Positions 46,798 to 54,247 of a stretch of 64,000 nt of DNA are shown here, piece after piece; positions within the stretch are counted from its first letter, which is position 1, and each line of letters opens with the position of its first letter. This DNA is from a virus. Lineage: Duplodnaviria > Caudoviricetes. Both the position numbers and the translations under genes were made by a program. Location of the stretch: the IMG/VR virus record IMGVR_UViG_2910510430_000001, positions 1 through 64,000 of that record. The stretch is one strand, 5' to 3'. The notes under the pieces were generated by a model. It had not been told where the DNA came from. It searched no databases and saw only the letters and a list, made by a program, of their open reading frames with translations.

Positions 46798-47042
46798 CAG
46801 GCTTGCTCTTCGACTGGCACCATGACCAGCTGGCTGAACACCCAGCTGACACCGTCTTCGTCGAGGAAGACCATTTCGCCATCGCGCTCGACCGTCTCTG
46901 CCTCGTCCCAGAAGACGTCGGTGCCGCCGGCATACTCCGGGACGCGGGTCTCGGGGTCGATGCCAGTGATGTTGGCGCGGCCAGATAGCCGCTCCATTGT
47001 GCCGACGATCGGCGAGCCGGTCGGGGACTGAAAGTCTGCCAT
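46797..47042 (-). CDS. Small acidic hypothetical protein
   Basis: GGAG RBS. Confidence 0.65.
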   Translation of the reverse strand: MADFQSPTGSPIVGTMERLSGRANITGIDPETRVPEYAGGTDVFWDEAETVERDGEMVFLDEDGVSWVFSQLVMVPVEEQA

Positions 47043-47059
47043 ATGATGTTCTCCGAGTT

Positions 47060-47098
47060 GCACAATTGCGGGGAGGAGGAGGCGGGTCGGAGCCCGCC
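47060..47098 (-). promoter_or_regulatory. Bipartite hairpin element, copy 7
   Basis: GGCGGG-CTCCGA-CCCGCC, TCCTCCTCCCC, GCA-ATTG-TGC. Confidence 0.75.
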
Positions 47099-47257
47099 CC
47101 CGGTAATCAGGTTGTCACGGTTTCTTGGCGCCGCACTTTCGGCAGAAGAGGCTAGCTTTTGTTAGGGGCTCGCCGGTTCCAAGGACGACCAAGGGGAGCG
47201 GCTTGCGCCATTCGTGAGCGCAGACTTTCCGCTTAAGCCAGAGCGATATCGCCCCTC

Positions 47258-48178
47258 TCACGCCAGGAACCCCGACACATCCTCGAGGATCTTCGCCGCT
47301 TCGGCGGCGACGTCCCGGCGCTTGCCCTCATCCTTGCGCAGCACCGCCGCATCATAGGCGGCGAGCGGGGCGAGCTTGTCGGCCATCGCGGCCAGCTCCG
47401 GATCGCCGGTGATGTTGAGCGACGGCAGGATGCCGATCAGGTCGCGGACGTTCTCGACGAGCGAGTCCTTGAAGATGCCCTCCGAACGGTCGCCCTTGCC
47501 CTTGGCCGGCTTGTAGCCGTTGAGCCGCTCGACCATGCGGCCGGTCACCTCGGCGATGCGGCGATAGACATCCGACACGGCGGTCTTCGTCGCCTTCTGC
47601 ACATGCGCCTCGATCTCGGCGCGGATCTCGGCCGCCTGCGCCTCGCTCATCGACACACGGAAGTCGTCGGCTGACGGGACCGGCATGACCTTCATGTCGA
47701 TCGAGAACTTGTCCCGGATCTCTGAGACGGTCGGGTAGTCGTCGAGGTTGAACATGCCGTTGAGGCGGACCCGGGCGTCGGCGACGTGCTTCGGATACTC
47801 GGCGATGAAGGCGTCGACGGCGGCGTCGAACTCGCCCTTCACGCGGCGAAACCAGGCGGCGTGCTGCATGTAGAGCTGGTTCGACATGATGCGGGAGCCG
47901 CCGTCGAGCCACGGCAGGGTGCGCTCGTTGAACTCGGTGCGGGCGGCGTTGGCGATCTTGGCGATCGGATCGAGCGCGGTCTTGTCGAGGAGCAGCTTGT
48001 TATAGCGGCCGGCGTCGGCGGCGGCGTTGTGCGAGGAGTTGACCTCGTCGGTGATCTGGCGATCGAGGCGGCGCCCGGTCCACTGCGACATGGACAGCGT
48101 CACGATCATGGCGCGGGCGGCGAGGGTGTTGGAGGCGACCGAGTCAGTGGCCGCACGGATTGGGGAAATGGCGTTCAT
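47258..48178 (-). CDS. DUF3150-like protein
   Basis: QWTGRRLD, ERTLPW, F...YP, R.EGIFKDSLVENV...LNITGDP (recalled family pattern). Confidence 0.7.
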   Translation of the reverse strand: MNAISPIRAATDSVASNTLAARAMIVTLSMSQWTGRRLDRQITDEVNSSHNAAADAGRYNKLLLDKTALDPIAKIANAARTEFNERTLPWLDGGSRIMSNQLYMQHAAWFRRVKGEFDAAVDAFIAEYPKHVADARVRLNGMFNLDDYPTVSEIRDKFSIDMKVMPVPSADDFRVSMSEAQAAEIRAEIEAHVQKATKTAVSDVYRRIAEVTGRMVERLNGYKPAKGKGDRSEGIFKDSLVENVRDLIGILPSLNITGDPELAAMADKLAPLAAYDAAVLRKDEGKRRDVAAEAAKILEDVSGFLA

Positions 48179-48200
48179 GCTGGTGTTCCTTTCGGAGGGT

Positions 48201-48232
48201 GCCACGATTGGCGGGGGTGCTCAGAGGTGAGC
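48201..48232 (-). promoter_or_regulatory. Bipartite hairpin element, copy 8
   Basis: GCTCA-CCTC-TGAGC, ACCCCC, GCCA-ATCG-TGGC. Confidence 0.8.
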
Positions 48233-48248
48233 GGGGGAGCTGGGTCTG

Positions 48249-48557
48249 CTACTGGCTGTCGCCTCGCCAGTCGCGATAGTCGTCTTCGGGCGGCTCGTAG
48301 ATGCCGTCGAGCGTCCAGAAGCCGATGGCGAGGATGTCTTCGCACACGTCGGTCGGGTCCTGGCCGTAGAACCCGCGCCATTCCTGCACGTTGAAGCGCT
48401 GGATGACGGAGTAGATCTCGGCGTCGTCAGCGTCGCTGACATCAAGCCAGAGGACGGTGCCGGTCTGCACGTCGACGGTGAGGGTGCCGTTGTTGCCGAA
48501 GACCTCCATCGTCGGGCGAGAGGTCTTCATCGGCATGGGCGAGCGTTCGGGCTGCAT
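48249..48557 (-). CDS. Acidic hypothetical protein
   Basis: AAGGAAG RBS. Confidence 0.65.
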   Translation of the reverse strand: MQPERSPMPMKTSRPTMEVFGNNGTLTVDVQTGTVLWLDVSDADDAEIYSVIQRFNVQEWRGFYGQDPTDVCEDILAIGFWTLDGIYEPPEDDYRDWRGDSQ

Positions 48558-48571
48558 GGTCTTCCTTTCGT

Positions 48572-48602
48572 GCCACGATTGGCGGGGTGCCGGCGGACCG
48601 GC
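48572..48602 (-). promoter_or_regulatory. Bipartite hairpin element, copy 9
   Basis: GCCGG-TCCG-CCGGC, ACCCC, GCCA-ATCG-TGGC. Confidence 0.8.
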
Positions 48603-48671
48603 GGCGTCACTCTGAAGCGAACTTCAGAGTGGTTGATAGTGCTAGAAGACGGGAGCTAGAGGCGCAGGCGA

Positions 48672-49163
48672 CTAAAGCCGACTGCAGGAGCCCGCTGCCA
48701 TCGACAGTTTCGCACCGGGCACTGCAATCCGAGGTGCATAAAAGAATGTCATCCGATCGAGGTCAAAATTGTATGACAAAGATAGGTTCGCGGTGCACAG
48801 AATTGTGCCGCCGAGAAGATATGATTGATTCTCATTCAGGGGGTAGCATTCCGAAAGTTTTCGGATCTTACTTCGTTCGTCGCTGACAAATACTGTGTAG
48901 TTTGATGCGTATTCCTCAAACCGATAATCTTTCGGCATATTCGGCGTGACGGTCAGTTGGAACGCGTGGTCGTTGGGGTTCTCATCCAACTCCGATACAT
49001 CCCCAGTATCATCCATACGAAATGCCGCGATGTGAGCAGGTATGCAGAGATAGGTCCCGGCGTAACGCTCGTCGTTGTGAGGCGGTGTCCATGTCCCCTG
49101 CGAACACGCCTCGCTGATGGGCCAAATGATGGAACAAAGCACAACGGCTGCTCGCTTGAGCAT
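48672..49163 (-). CDS. Low-GC exported moron protein
   Basis: Signal-peptide-like start, GGAGG RBS, clearly lower GC. Confidence 0.65.
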   Translation of the reverse strand: MLKRAAVVLCSIIWPISEACSQGTWTPPHNDERYAGTYLCIPAHIAAFRMDDTGDVSELDENPNDHAFQLTVTPNMPKDYRFEEYASNYTVFVSDERSKIRKLSECYPLNENQSYLLGGTILCTANLSLSYNFDLDRMTFFYAPRIAVPGAKLSMAAGSCSRL

Positions 49164-49294
49164 TCAAGACCTCCTACTGGGGATTGGACTCCGCAAGAAC
49201 CATACTTTGTCGTTCCGGTCATCGAGCCGCAAGCGAAGCGTCCGCGCCGCCGGACGGGCCATCGGGCGCCCAAGGCAGCTATACGGTCGGTAAC

Positions 49295-49651
49295 CTAAAA
49301 CCATACCCGCCGACTGAAAAGCACTGCCGCTCCACAGACGGGTGGCAGCGATTCGGGATCATCGAGCGGGTTCCGGGTCAGCCAGGCGTTCCGATAGATC
49401 GCCGTGGCAGTGATGTTGCGGGGCTGAGATCCAAGCGCACTGTTCTCGCCGACGAACATATCACGGCGCTCGCCCTGATAGAGGACCGTCAGGTGCTCGA
49501 AGCCACCGGGCTGGAATATCGGCGCCAGCAACTCCTTCAGGTGGTCGTAGCTGGGCTCCGGCTTCAGCATGACGGTCCGCTCCTCGGGAGCGCCAATTAC
49601 GGCCGGGATGATGGTCATGAAGGTCTCGATAGACCCTGGGCGCGCGGGCAT
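49295..49651 (-). CDS. Hypothetical phage protein
   Basis: DMFVGE...N..ATAIY...PVCGAAVLF pattern. Confidence 0.65.
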   Translation of the reverse strand: MPARPGSIETFMTIIPAVIGAPEERTVMLKPEPSYDHLKELLAPIFQPGGFEHLTVLYQGERRDMFVGENSALGSQPRNITATAIYRNAWLTRNPLDDPESLPPVCGAAVLFSRRVWF

Positions 49652-49965
49652 CAGTACGGCGCCCCATTCTCCGGCTCGCCGTAGCAGGCGCGCAGGTTGC
49701 CGTCGGTCGGCTCTTCGGCGGCAAGGCGGCAGGCGGCGAGATCCTGGCCGACGAGGAGCACATCGTCGTCGGGGATAGGGTCCGCCCCGATCGCGATAAG
49801 GCAGGCCACCGGGTCGGAATCGAACTCACACATGGAGGGTGCCGACCAGAGAATGGCCCGGTCCTGCGGCAGGGTGACGAGGGGCGACGGCTTGGTCACG
49901 GTGACCGCGCCGAGGAGCGCGCCGAACAGGCCGGCGGCGGTAATCGAGAGGGTGCTGAAATGCAT
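49651..49965 (-). CDS. Exported/membrane-anchored Cys-containing protein
   Basis: Hydrophobic N-terminus, four Cys. Confidence 0.6.
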   Translation of the reverse strand: MHFSTLSITAAGLFGALLGAVTVTKPSPLVTLPQDRAILWSAPSMCEFDSDPVACLIAIGADPIPDDDVLLVGQDLAACRLAAEEPTDGNLRACYGEPENGAPY

Positions 49966-49979
49966 GGTGTATCCTTCGT

Positions 49980-50013
49980 TGCCACGATTGGCAGGGGGTC
50001 GGCCTAGCGGCCG
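49980..50013 (-). promoter_or_regulatory. Bipartite hairpin element, copy 10
   Basis: CGGCC-GCTA-GGCCG, ACCCCC, TGCCA-ATCG-TGGCA. Confidence 0.8.
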
Positions 50014-50047
50014 GTAGGCGAGCGCGGAGACGCTCTCCAGTCTGACG

Positions 50048-50398
50048 CTAGTGGAAGTGTCCGGCAGGCCGGGAGGGATCGAAGTGCTGAACGCACTTCG
50101 CGATTGCGGCCATGGTTGAATGCGTCTCGTCGGTGACGGGCAGCATCATCATGGCGTCAGGGTTCGTCGGGTGCTCGACGCCTGTCAGAGGAATGACGCT
50201 CACCTGTGTCTGGAGCCGGAGCACGGGCTCGTCGGTGACGCGGATGGTCAGACCTGGGAATGCCGTCTCGCAGTAGCGAGTAAGCGGCTCGATCCACGCG
50301 GAGCCGCCCCATTCTGGCCCGTAGGGAGGCGTGACGTAGAACTCCGTGATCCGCTTTTCGGCGGTCTGGGGGCGGCTGGAAGCGACGTTGATTTCCAT
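50048..50398 (-). CDS. Hypothetical protein, probably LexA-regulated
   Basis: AGGAG RBS; own promoter with SOS box. Confidence 0.65.
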   Translation of the reverse strand: MEINVASSRPQTAEKRITEFYVTPPYGPEWGGSAWIEPLTRYCETAFPGLTIRVTDEPVLRLQTQVSVIPLTGVEHPTNPDAMMMLPVTDETHSTMAAIAKCVQHFDPSRPAGHFH

Positions 50399-50414
50399 GA
50401 AGGCTCTCCTGTTT

Positions 50415-50449
50415 GTTCTATATTCGTTCCGCATAGGAGGAGGAGTCAA
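50415..50449 (-). promoter_or_regulatory. Alphaproteobacterial LexA box overlapping a sigma70 promoter
   Basis: GTTC-TATATTC-GTTC (50415-50429); TTGACT -35 at 50449-50444. Confidence 0.75.
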
Positions 50450-50604
50450 TACGTGTTCTTTTGGAAGGAACGGCGCCTGACGAGGATGGCCAGGCGCCGT
50501 GCGGGATTTACCGCCGGGCGCGCGCCGCGCTGCGATCTACATGGCATGCTCCTTTCGCTGGAGAGCAGGGAAGGGCCGGCGGATGTTTGCGCCGGCCGAA
50601 CGGG

Positions 50605-50742
50605 TCAGGCGCGCACCTCCCAAAGGATGCGGCGAACCTCGTCGGCAGCCTCGCGCGAGGTGGGCTCGCGGCCCAGGCGGGCGGCGAGCTTGGCCCAGAT
50701 CGTATGCGGGCCGGCGTTGTGCCAGGTGACGGTGACGATCAT
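50605..50742 (-). CDS. Small hypothetical protein
   Basis: ATGA-coupled. Confidence 0.55.
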   Translation of the reverse strand: MIVTVTWHNAGPHTIWAKLAARLGREPTSREAADEVRRILWEVRA

Positions 50743-50951
50743 GCGCGCACCTTCGTCTTGAAGTGCTTCACCTCGCCATCGAACTGGCACAGGTCGCAGG
50801 AGGCGGCGGACTCGTTGGTCCATTCGTGGCCGCCGTGGACTTCTTCCGTGCCGTCGGTGGTGAGCTGCACGGTGGTCAGACAGACGATCTGAATGCCGTG
50901 ATCCTTGCCGCATTGCGGGCAGGCCATGCCCCATTGTGATCGGATGCTCAT
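50739..50951 (-). CDS. Small zinc-ribbon protein
   Basis: CPQC and CDLC. Confidence 0.7.
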   Translation of the reverse strand: MSIRSQWGMACPQCGKDHGIQIVCLTTVQLTTDGTEEVHGGHEWTNESAASCDLCQFDGEVKHFKTKVRA

Positions 50952-51127
50952 GCGCGCACCTCGGGGCGGCTCGCGTCTGCGATGACCGGCAGAATGCGGC
51001 GCCCTTCCATGGCGCGGTTGCGGCGCTCCTGGGCGTCGAGAAAGCGGCGGATGTCTTCGCGGGCTTGGCGCCGGGCGCGCTGGGCGAAGGTCTCGAAATG
51101 CGGATGGCGCAGGTCGGACGTGGGCAT
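50948..51127 (-). CDS. Small Arg-rich hypothetical protein
   Basis: GGAG RBS; basic helix (AQRARRQAREDIRRF). Confidence 0.6.
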   Translation of the reverse strand: MPTSDLRHPHFETFAQRARRQAREDIRRFLDAQERRNRAMEGRRILPVIADASRPEVRA

Positions 51128-51150
51128 GACGGTTCTCCGGTCTGGAGGTG

Positions 51151-51183
51151 CGGCACGATTGCCGAGGAAGGGCCGAGCGGCCC
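51151..51183 (-). promoter_or_regulatory. Bipartite hairpin element, copy 11
   Basis: GGGCC-GCTC-GGCCC, TTCCT, CGGCA-ATCG-TGCCG. Confidence 0.78.
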
Positions 51184-51293
51184 GAAGATGGCTCGCGCGG
51201 GCGCGGCCATCGTCATGCAGCTCGGGTAGGGCAACGGGCGAAAGGCAGGCCCGTTGCCGGTTGGTGGGCCGCGAATGCGGTGGGACCGGGCCA

Positions 51294-51509
51294 TCAGTAG
51301 CCCAGCCAGGAGCGGACGTCATCCAGTGAGACGTGGCCGCGGTCGTCGATGGGGAAGGTCGTCGTCTCGTCGAACACGCGGTCGTCGAGGAAAGCGATGC
51401 CATCGGCCGGCCCAAGGCAGGGGGCGGAGGCGAGCAGGCCGTCGGGCGTGACGGTGGCGAACTGGCCGTGATCGAGGATGAAGGCGACGGCGGACGTAGC
51501 GGTGCACAT
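51294..51509 (-). CDS. Small hypothetical protein
   Basis: GGAG RBS. Confidence 0.6.
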   Translation of the reverse strand: MCTATSAVAFILDHGQFATVTPDGLLASAPCLGPADGIAFLDDRVFDETTTFPIDDRGHVSLDDVRSWLGY

Positions 51510-51530
51510 GGTCAGGATCTCCGATTAGGA

Positions 51531-51562
51531 CGCCACGATTGGCGGGGTTGGCCTAGCGGCCA
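51531..51562 (-). promoter_or_regulatory. Bipartite hairpin element, copy 12
   Basis: TGGCC-GCTA-GGCCA, ACCC, CGCCA-ATCG-TGGCG. Confidence 0.8.
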
Positions 51563-51623
51563 TGTCACGGGACGCCGTAGGGGCGTCCCGTCACGATTGC
51601 AGCTAGGTGGGCAGGGGCGAGGC

Positions 51624-52127
51624 TCAGGCAGCCTTGCGGTCGGCAGCCTTGGGCATCTGGACGACTTCGCCGGCCGGCTTCTTCAGGAGGCGGATTGCGC
51701 CCTCGATGGCGCCGATCGTCTTCGCGGTCGCGCCCTTTTCCTGCATCTTCTTCAGGAACGTCTCGAGGGTCCGGAGTTCGTCGAAGTCGGCGGCGTTCTT
51801 CTTCGCGTCGGTGGCGTACTCAGCCGGGGACACGGTGAAGGCGGTTTCGAGGTCGGACGTCGCCTTGGCGTCATAGGTGAAGGCGAGCGCGTCCTTGTCC
51901 CATGCGACCTTGCCGAATTTCACGGCCCACTTGCGCAGCGCGCCGCGATAGTTGGTCGGCGTCACGTTGTAGAGCGTGTTGAGGTGCGAGGCGCAATGGT
52001 GGACCTCGACATGGTTGATCGCGCCATAGGCGACTTCGTGCGTTGCGGCTGCAAAGGTCGCGGCGACCTTGCCATAGCCTGCAATGCGCTTGGCGAGGGT
52101 CTTACCGGTGAGAATCTTGATGGACAT
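51624..52127 (-). CDS. Hypothetical protein, first gene of the leftward cluster
   Basis: Lys/Ala-rich 167 aa from MSIKILTGK; AAAGG RBS. Confidence 0.7.
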   Translation of the reverse strand: MSIKILTGKTLAKRIAGYGKVAATFAAATHEVAYGAINHVEVHHCASHLNTLYNVTPTNYRGALRKWAVKFGKVAWDKDALAFTYDAKATSDLETAFTVSPAEYATDAKKNAADFDELRTLETFLKKMQEKGATAKTIGAIEGAIRLLKKPAGEVVQMPKAADRKAA

Positions 52128-52148
52128 GGGTTTAGCCTTTCGAGGTTT

Positions 52149-52180
52149 GGCACGATTGCCGTTTCGTTCCGATTGGAACG
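52149..52180 (-). promoter_or_regulatory. Bipartite hairpin element, copy 13
   Basis: CGTTCC-AATC-GGAACG, AAAC, GGCA-ATCG-TGCC. Confidence 0.75.
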
Positions 52181-52394
52181 GCGCAACGGCCGGACCCTTG
52201 CGAGCCCGGCCGTTGAAACTTTCCAATCTGTCGGACGCGGTTTCAGTGGGAACCGCGTCAATCCCGATGTCGCTTTTTTTCCGTTGGTTTGACTATCCAA
52301 CCGCCCATGCCTTTGCGGTTGTGGGGTGCGCGGCCGCTGTGATCGGCATTCAACGGCTTTCAAGGCCGTTTCGCTTTCGGTTATCCCCATCTTG

Positions 52395-52670
52395 CTAGGC
52401 ACTGTGCCCGCCGTTGTCCCATCGCTCGCTTACTAAGTGCAGGTCCCGCAAAGCTTTTACCCTTTGCCGTTGCCTACTGGCATTCGCGCCAGTGTTCCCC
52501 CGATTGGCATTCGCGCCAATCGTTGCCCGTTCCGTGTTCACACGATGGAAGTCCCAGCCTCTAGCGTTTCCGCCAGTTCGCCCGGTCTTTCCGAACTCCA
52601 ATCCAATTTTCGCAAGCGTGGATTGTGCCGCTTCCTTCCCTTTGCCCCTCCATCCGTCCGGCTTTGTCAT
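52395..52670 (-). CDS. Possible small basic protein (uncertain)
   Basis: Open frame only; weak RBS, atypical codon use. Confidence 0.25.
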   Translation of the reverse strand: MTKPDGWRGKGKEAAQSTLAKIGLEFGKTGRTGGNARGWDFHRVNTERATIGANANRGNTGANASRQRQRVKALRDLHLVSERWDNGGHSA

Positions 52671-53370
52671 GCCGTCGTTGGTCCGACCTTGGTCGCCCTA
52701 ATTGCGTTTCGTGGTTGCCGTTGTCCGCCCGGTTTCGCAATCGCCTTCACCCGTCCCCGGTTTCCCGGAAAGCTTGGAAGGAACCGCTTGCCGTTTGGCA
52801 GCATCCCCGATCCTGATTTTCAATGATCCCGGGGACATTCCCCGTCCGGCCCGGTCTTCGTCGTCCGCTTGCCGATGACCAACATAACCACAGAACTTTC
52901 CGCTTGTTCCAGCGATAAAACGAAAATAATTCGCCTAAATCAGCCAAGATAATGAAAACATTGAGAAACAAACTTTCAAGCGCCCTTGGCTTTGCCCGGT
53001 TCAGCCTATCGAAAACCGGCCGAAACCGGCCGTTTCTCGACCTCAATTCGCACCCGTTTCGCCAATGTTTTCAGCCGCTTGGCCAAGGTCGACCGGCCGT
53101 TTCCAGCACCGCAAGCCGGCCGTTTCTAAACCGCTAGAAGGTTATGAAAATCGCCAAGCCGTTGATTTTCCTAAATCCGGCCCACTTCGCCCCTGTTCAC
53201 CTGGTAAACGCCCCCGGCCGTTCACCTGGTCAATTCGTGACATCCCGGCCGGCCGTCCGCCTCGCCAATGTCCCCGGCCGCCCCCTGAGCCGCTCCCCGG
53301 CCGCTCCCCGGCCGTCACGTCCCAGAACGTCCCAGCCGGTCCCCGTCGCCACCCTGAGCCGTCCCCGGCC

Positions 53371-53670
53371 GTTCTGAGCATGTCCCCGGCTTGTCCCCGT
53401 CGCGTCCGGCATATGTCCGCCGACCGTCCGCCAATCGTCCGGCGCTTGTCCCCGGAATGTCCGCCAATCGTCCGGCATATGTCCGGCGCTTGTCCGCCTA
53501 TCGTCCCCGGCCGGCCGTCCCCGTTCCCGGCGCCCATCGCCACGTCCCGGCCGGCGCCCGGAAAGTTATCCACAATTTCCCGGAACGCCGGGCACTTTCC
53601 CCGATGTCGCGGAATGTCCGGGGAATGTCCGGGGAATGTCCGCCATATGTCCGGGAAACGTCCGGCCCGG
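53371..53670. repeat. 11-bp-period GTCC direct-repeat array in two blocks
   Basis: GTCC at 53382+11n through 53503 (12 units) and at 53616, 53627, 53638, 53649, 53660 (5 units). Confidence 0.9.
53566..53574 (+). promoter_or_regulatory. Perfect DnaA box between the two repeat blocks
   Basis: TTATCCACA. Confidence 0.6.
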
Positions 53671-54087
53671 CCCAAAGCCGGCCGGCCACGTCGCGATTGC
53701 GGAATTGACGCGCCGCAATATCATCCGCCTCGCGGAACGTAGAGAGCCAACGTTGCGGCCGGCCCTATAGGGACCGGCCAAGCGAGCAACGTAGCGGGCT
53801 GCACAAGCGTCTAAGGTTAGCGTTTACGTAGCAAAGCCAATGCTTTGAGCCTTTCCCCCCGGGCTGGACAAAAGCCCGGGCAAGAGTCAAAACGGTTCCG
53901 ACGGGACGAATTGCGCGCTGCAACATCCCGCACTGCACACCCCACCACTTCCCGCACTGCACCAACGCTGGACGCCTTGAGCGACCGGCGCTTGCGTCGT
54001 GTGTGCGCTGCAACATGGTGCGATGCACAACGGCCGATGATGCGCTGCACCCGCTGCACCGCACATGCTGCACCGCACCCCACGGTT

Positions 54088-54150
54088 GGGTCCTTTCTGG
54101 GTTTTCGGGGGCCGCCGCGGGTCGAGCGCAGCGCAGGATTTCGGAGTTTT
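54088..54150 (+). other. Probable cos site (cosQ-like GGGTCCT plus downstream cosN region)
   Basis: GGGTCCTTTC matches lambda cosQ start; upstream of gpZ-terS-terL of the gpA type; cut position not determinable. Confidence 0.6.
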
Positions 54151-54247
54151 TTCGATTTTCTCGATCGACTTTCTGATTCCACGCCAAGGACTTAGCGGGA
54201 TTGGCTGCCTCTCGGCTTCCGATTGCCTGATTTCGTAGGAGGTTCGC

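Noticed and set aside
50600-50965. Repeated AGGTGCGCGC(A/C)TGA junction giving three proteins ending in VRA
   Set aside because: Explained by SD plus overlapping stop/start coupling; similar junctions occur at 31105 and 32680
51590-51602. Extra CAATCGTG core at 51592, plus cores at 5906 and 23184
   Set aside because: Flanking bases do not form a Watson-Crick pair; the latter two lie inside coding sequence
53371-53670. CRISPR array or CsrB-like sponge reading of the repeats
   Set aside because: No long conserved repeats with unique spacers and no cas genes; the minus-strand GGA motifs lack the ANGGA context
53065-53781. ORFs over the GTCC array (53065-53742, 53142-53675 and others)
   Set aside because: Low-complexity translations; an 11-nt period is incompatible with a protein repeat
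52829-54162. 1.3 kb with no GATC (by eye) as restriction-site avoidance
   Set aside because: Non-coding, repeat-rich DNA; only a handful of sites are expected, so the signal is too weak without a computed test
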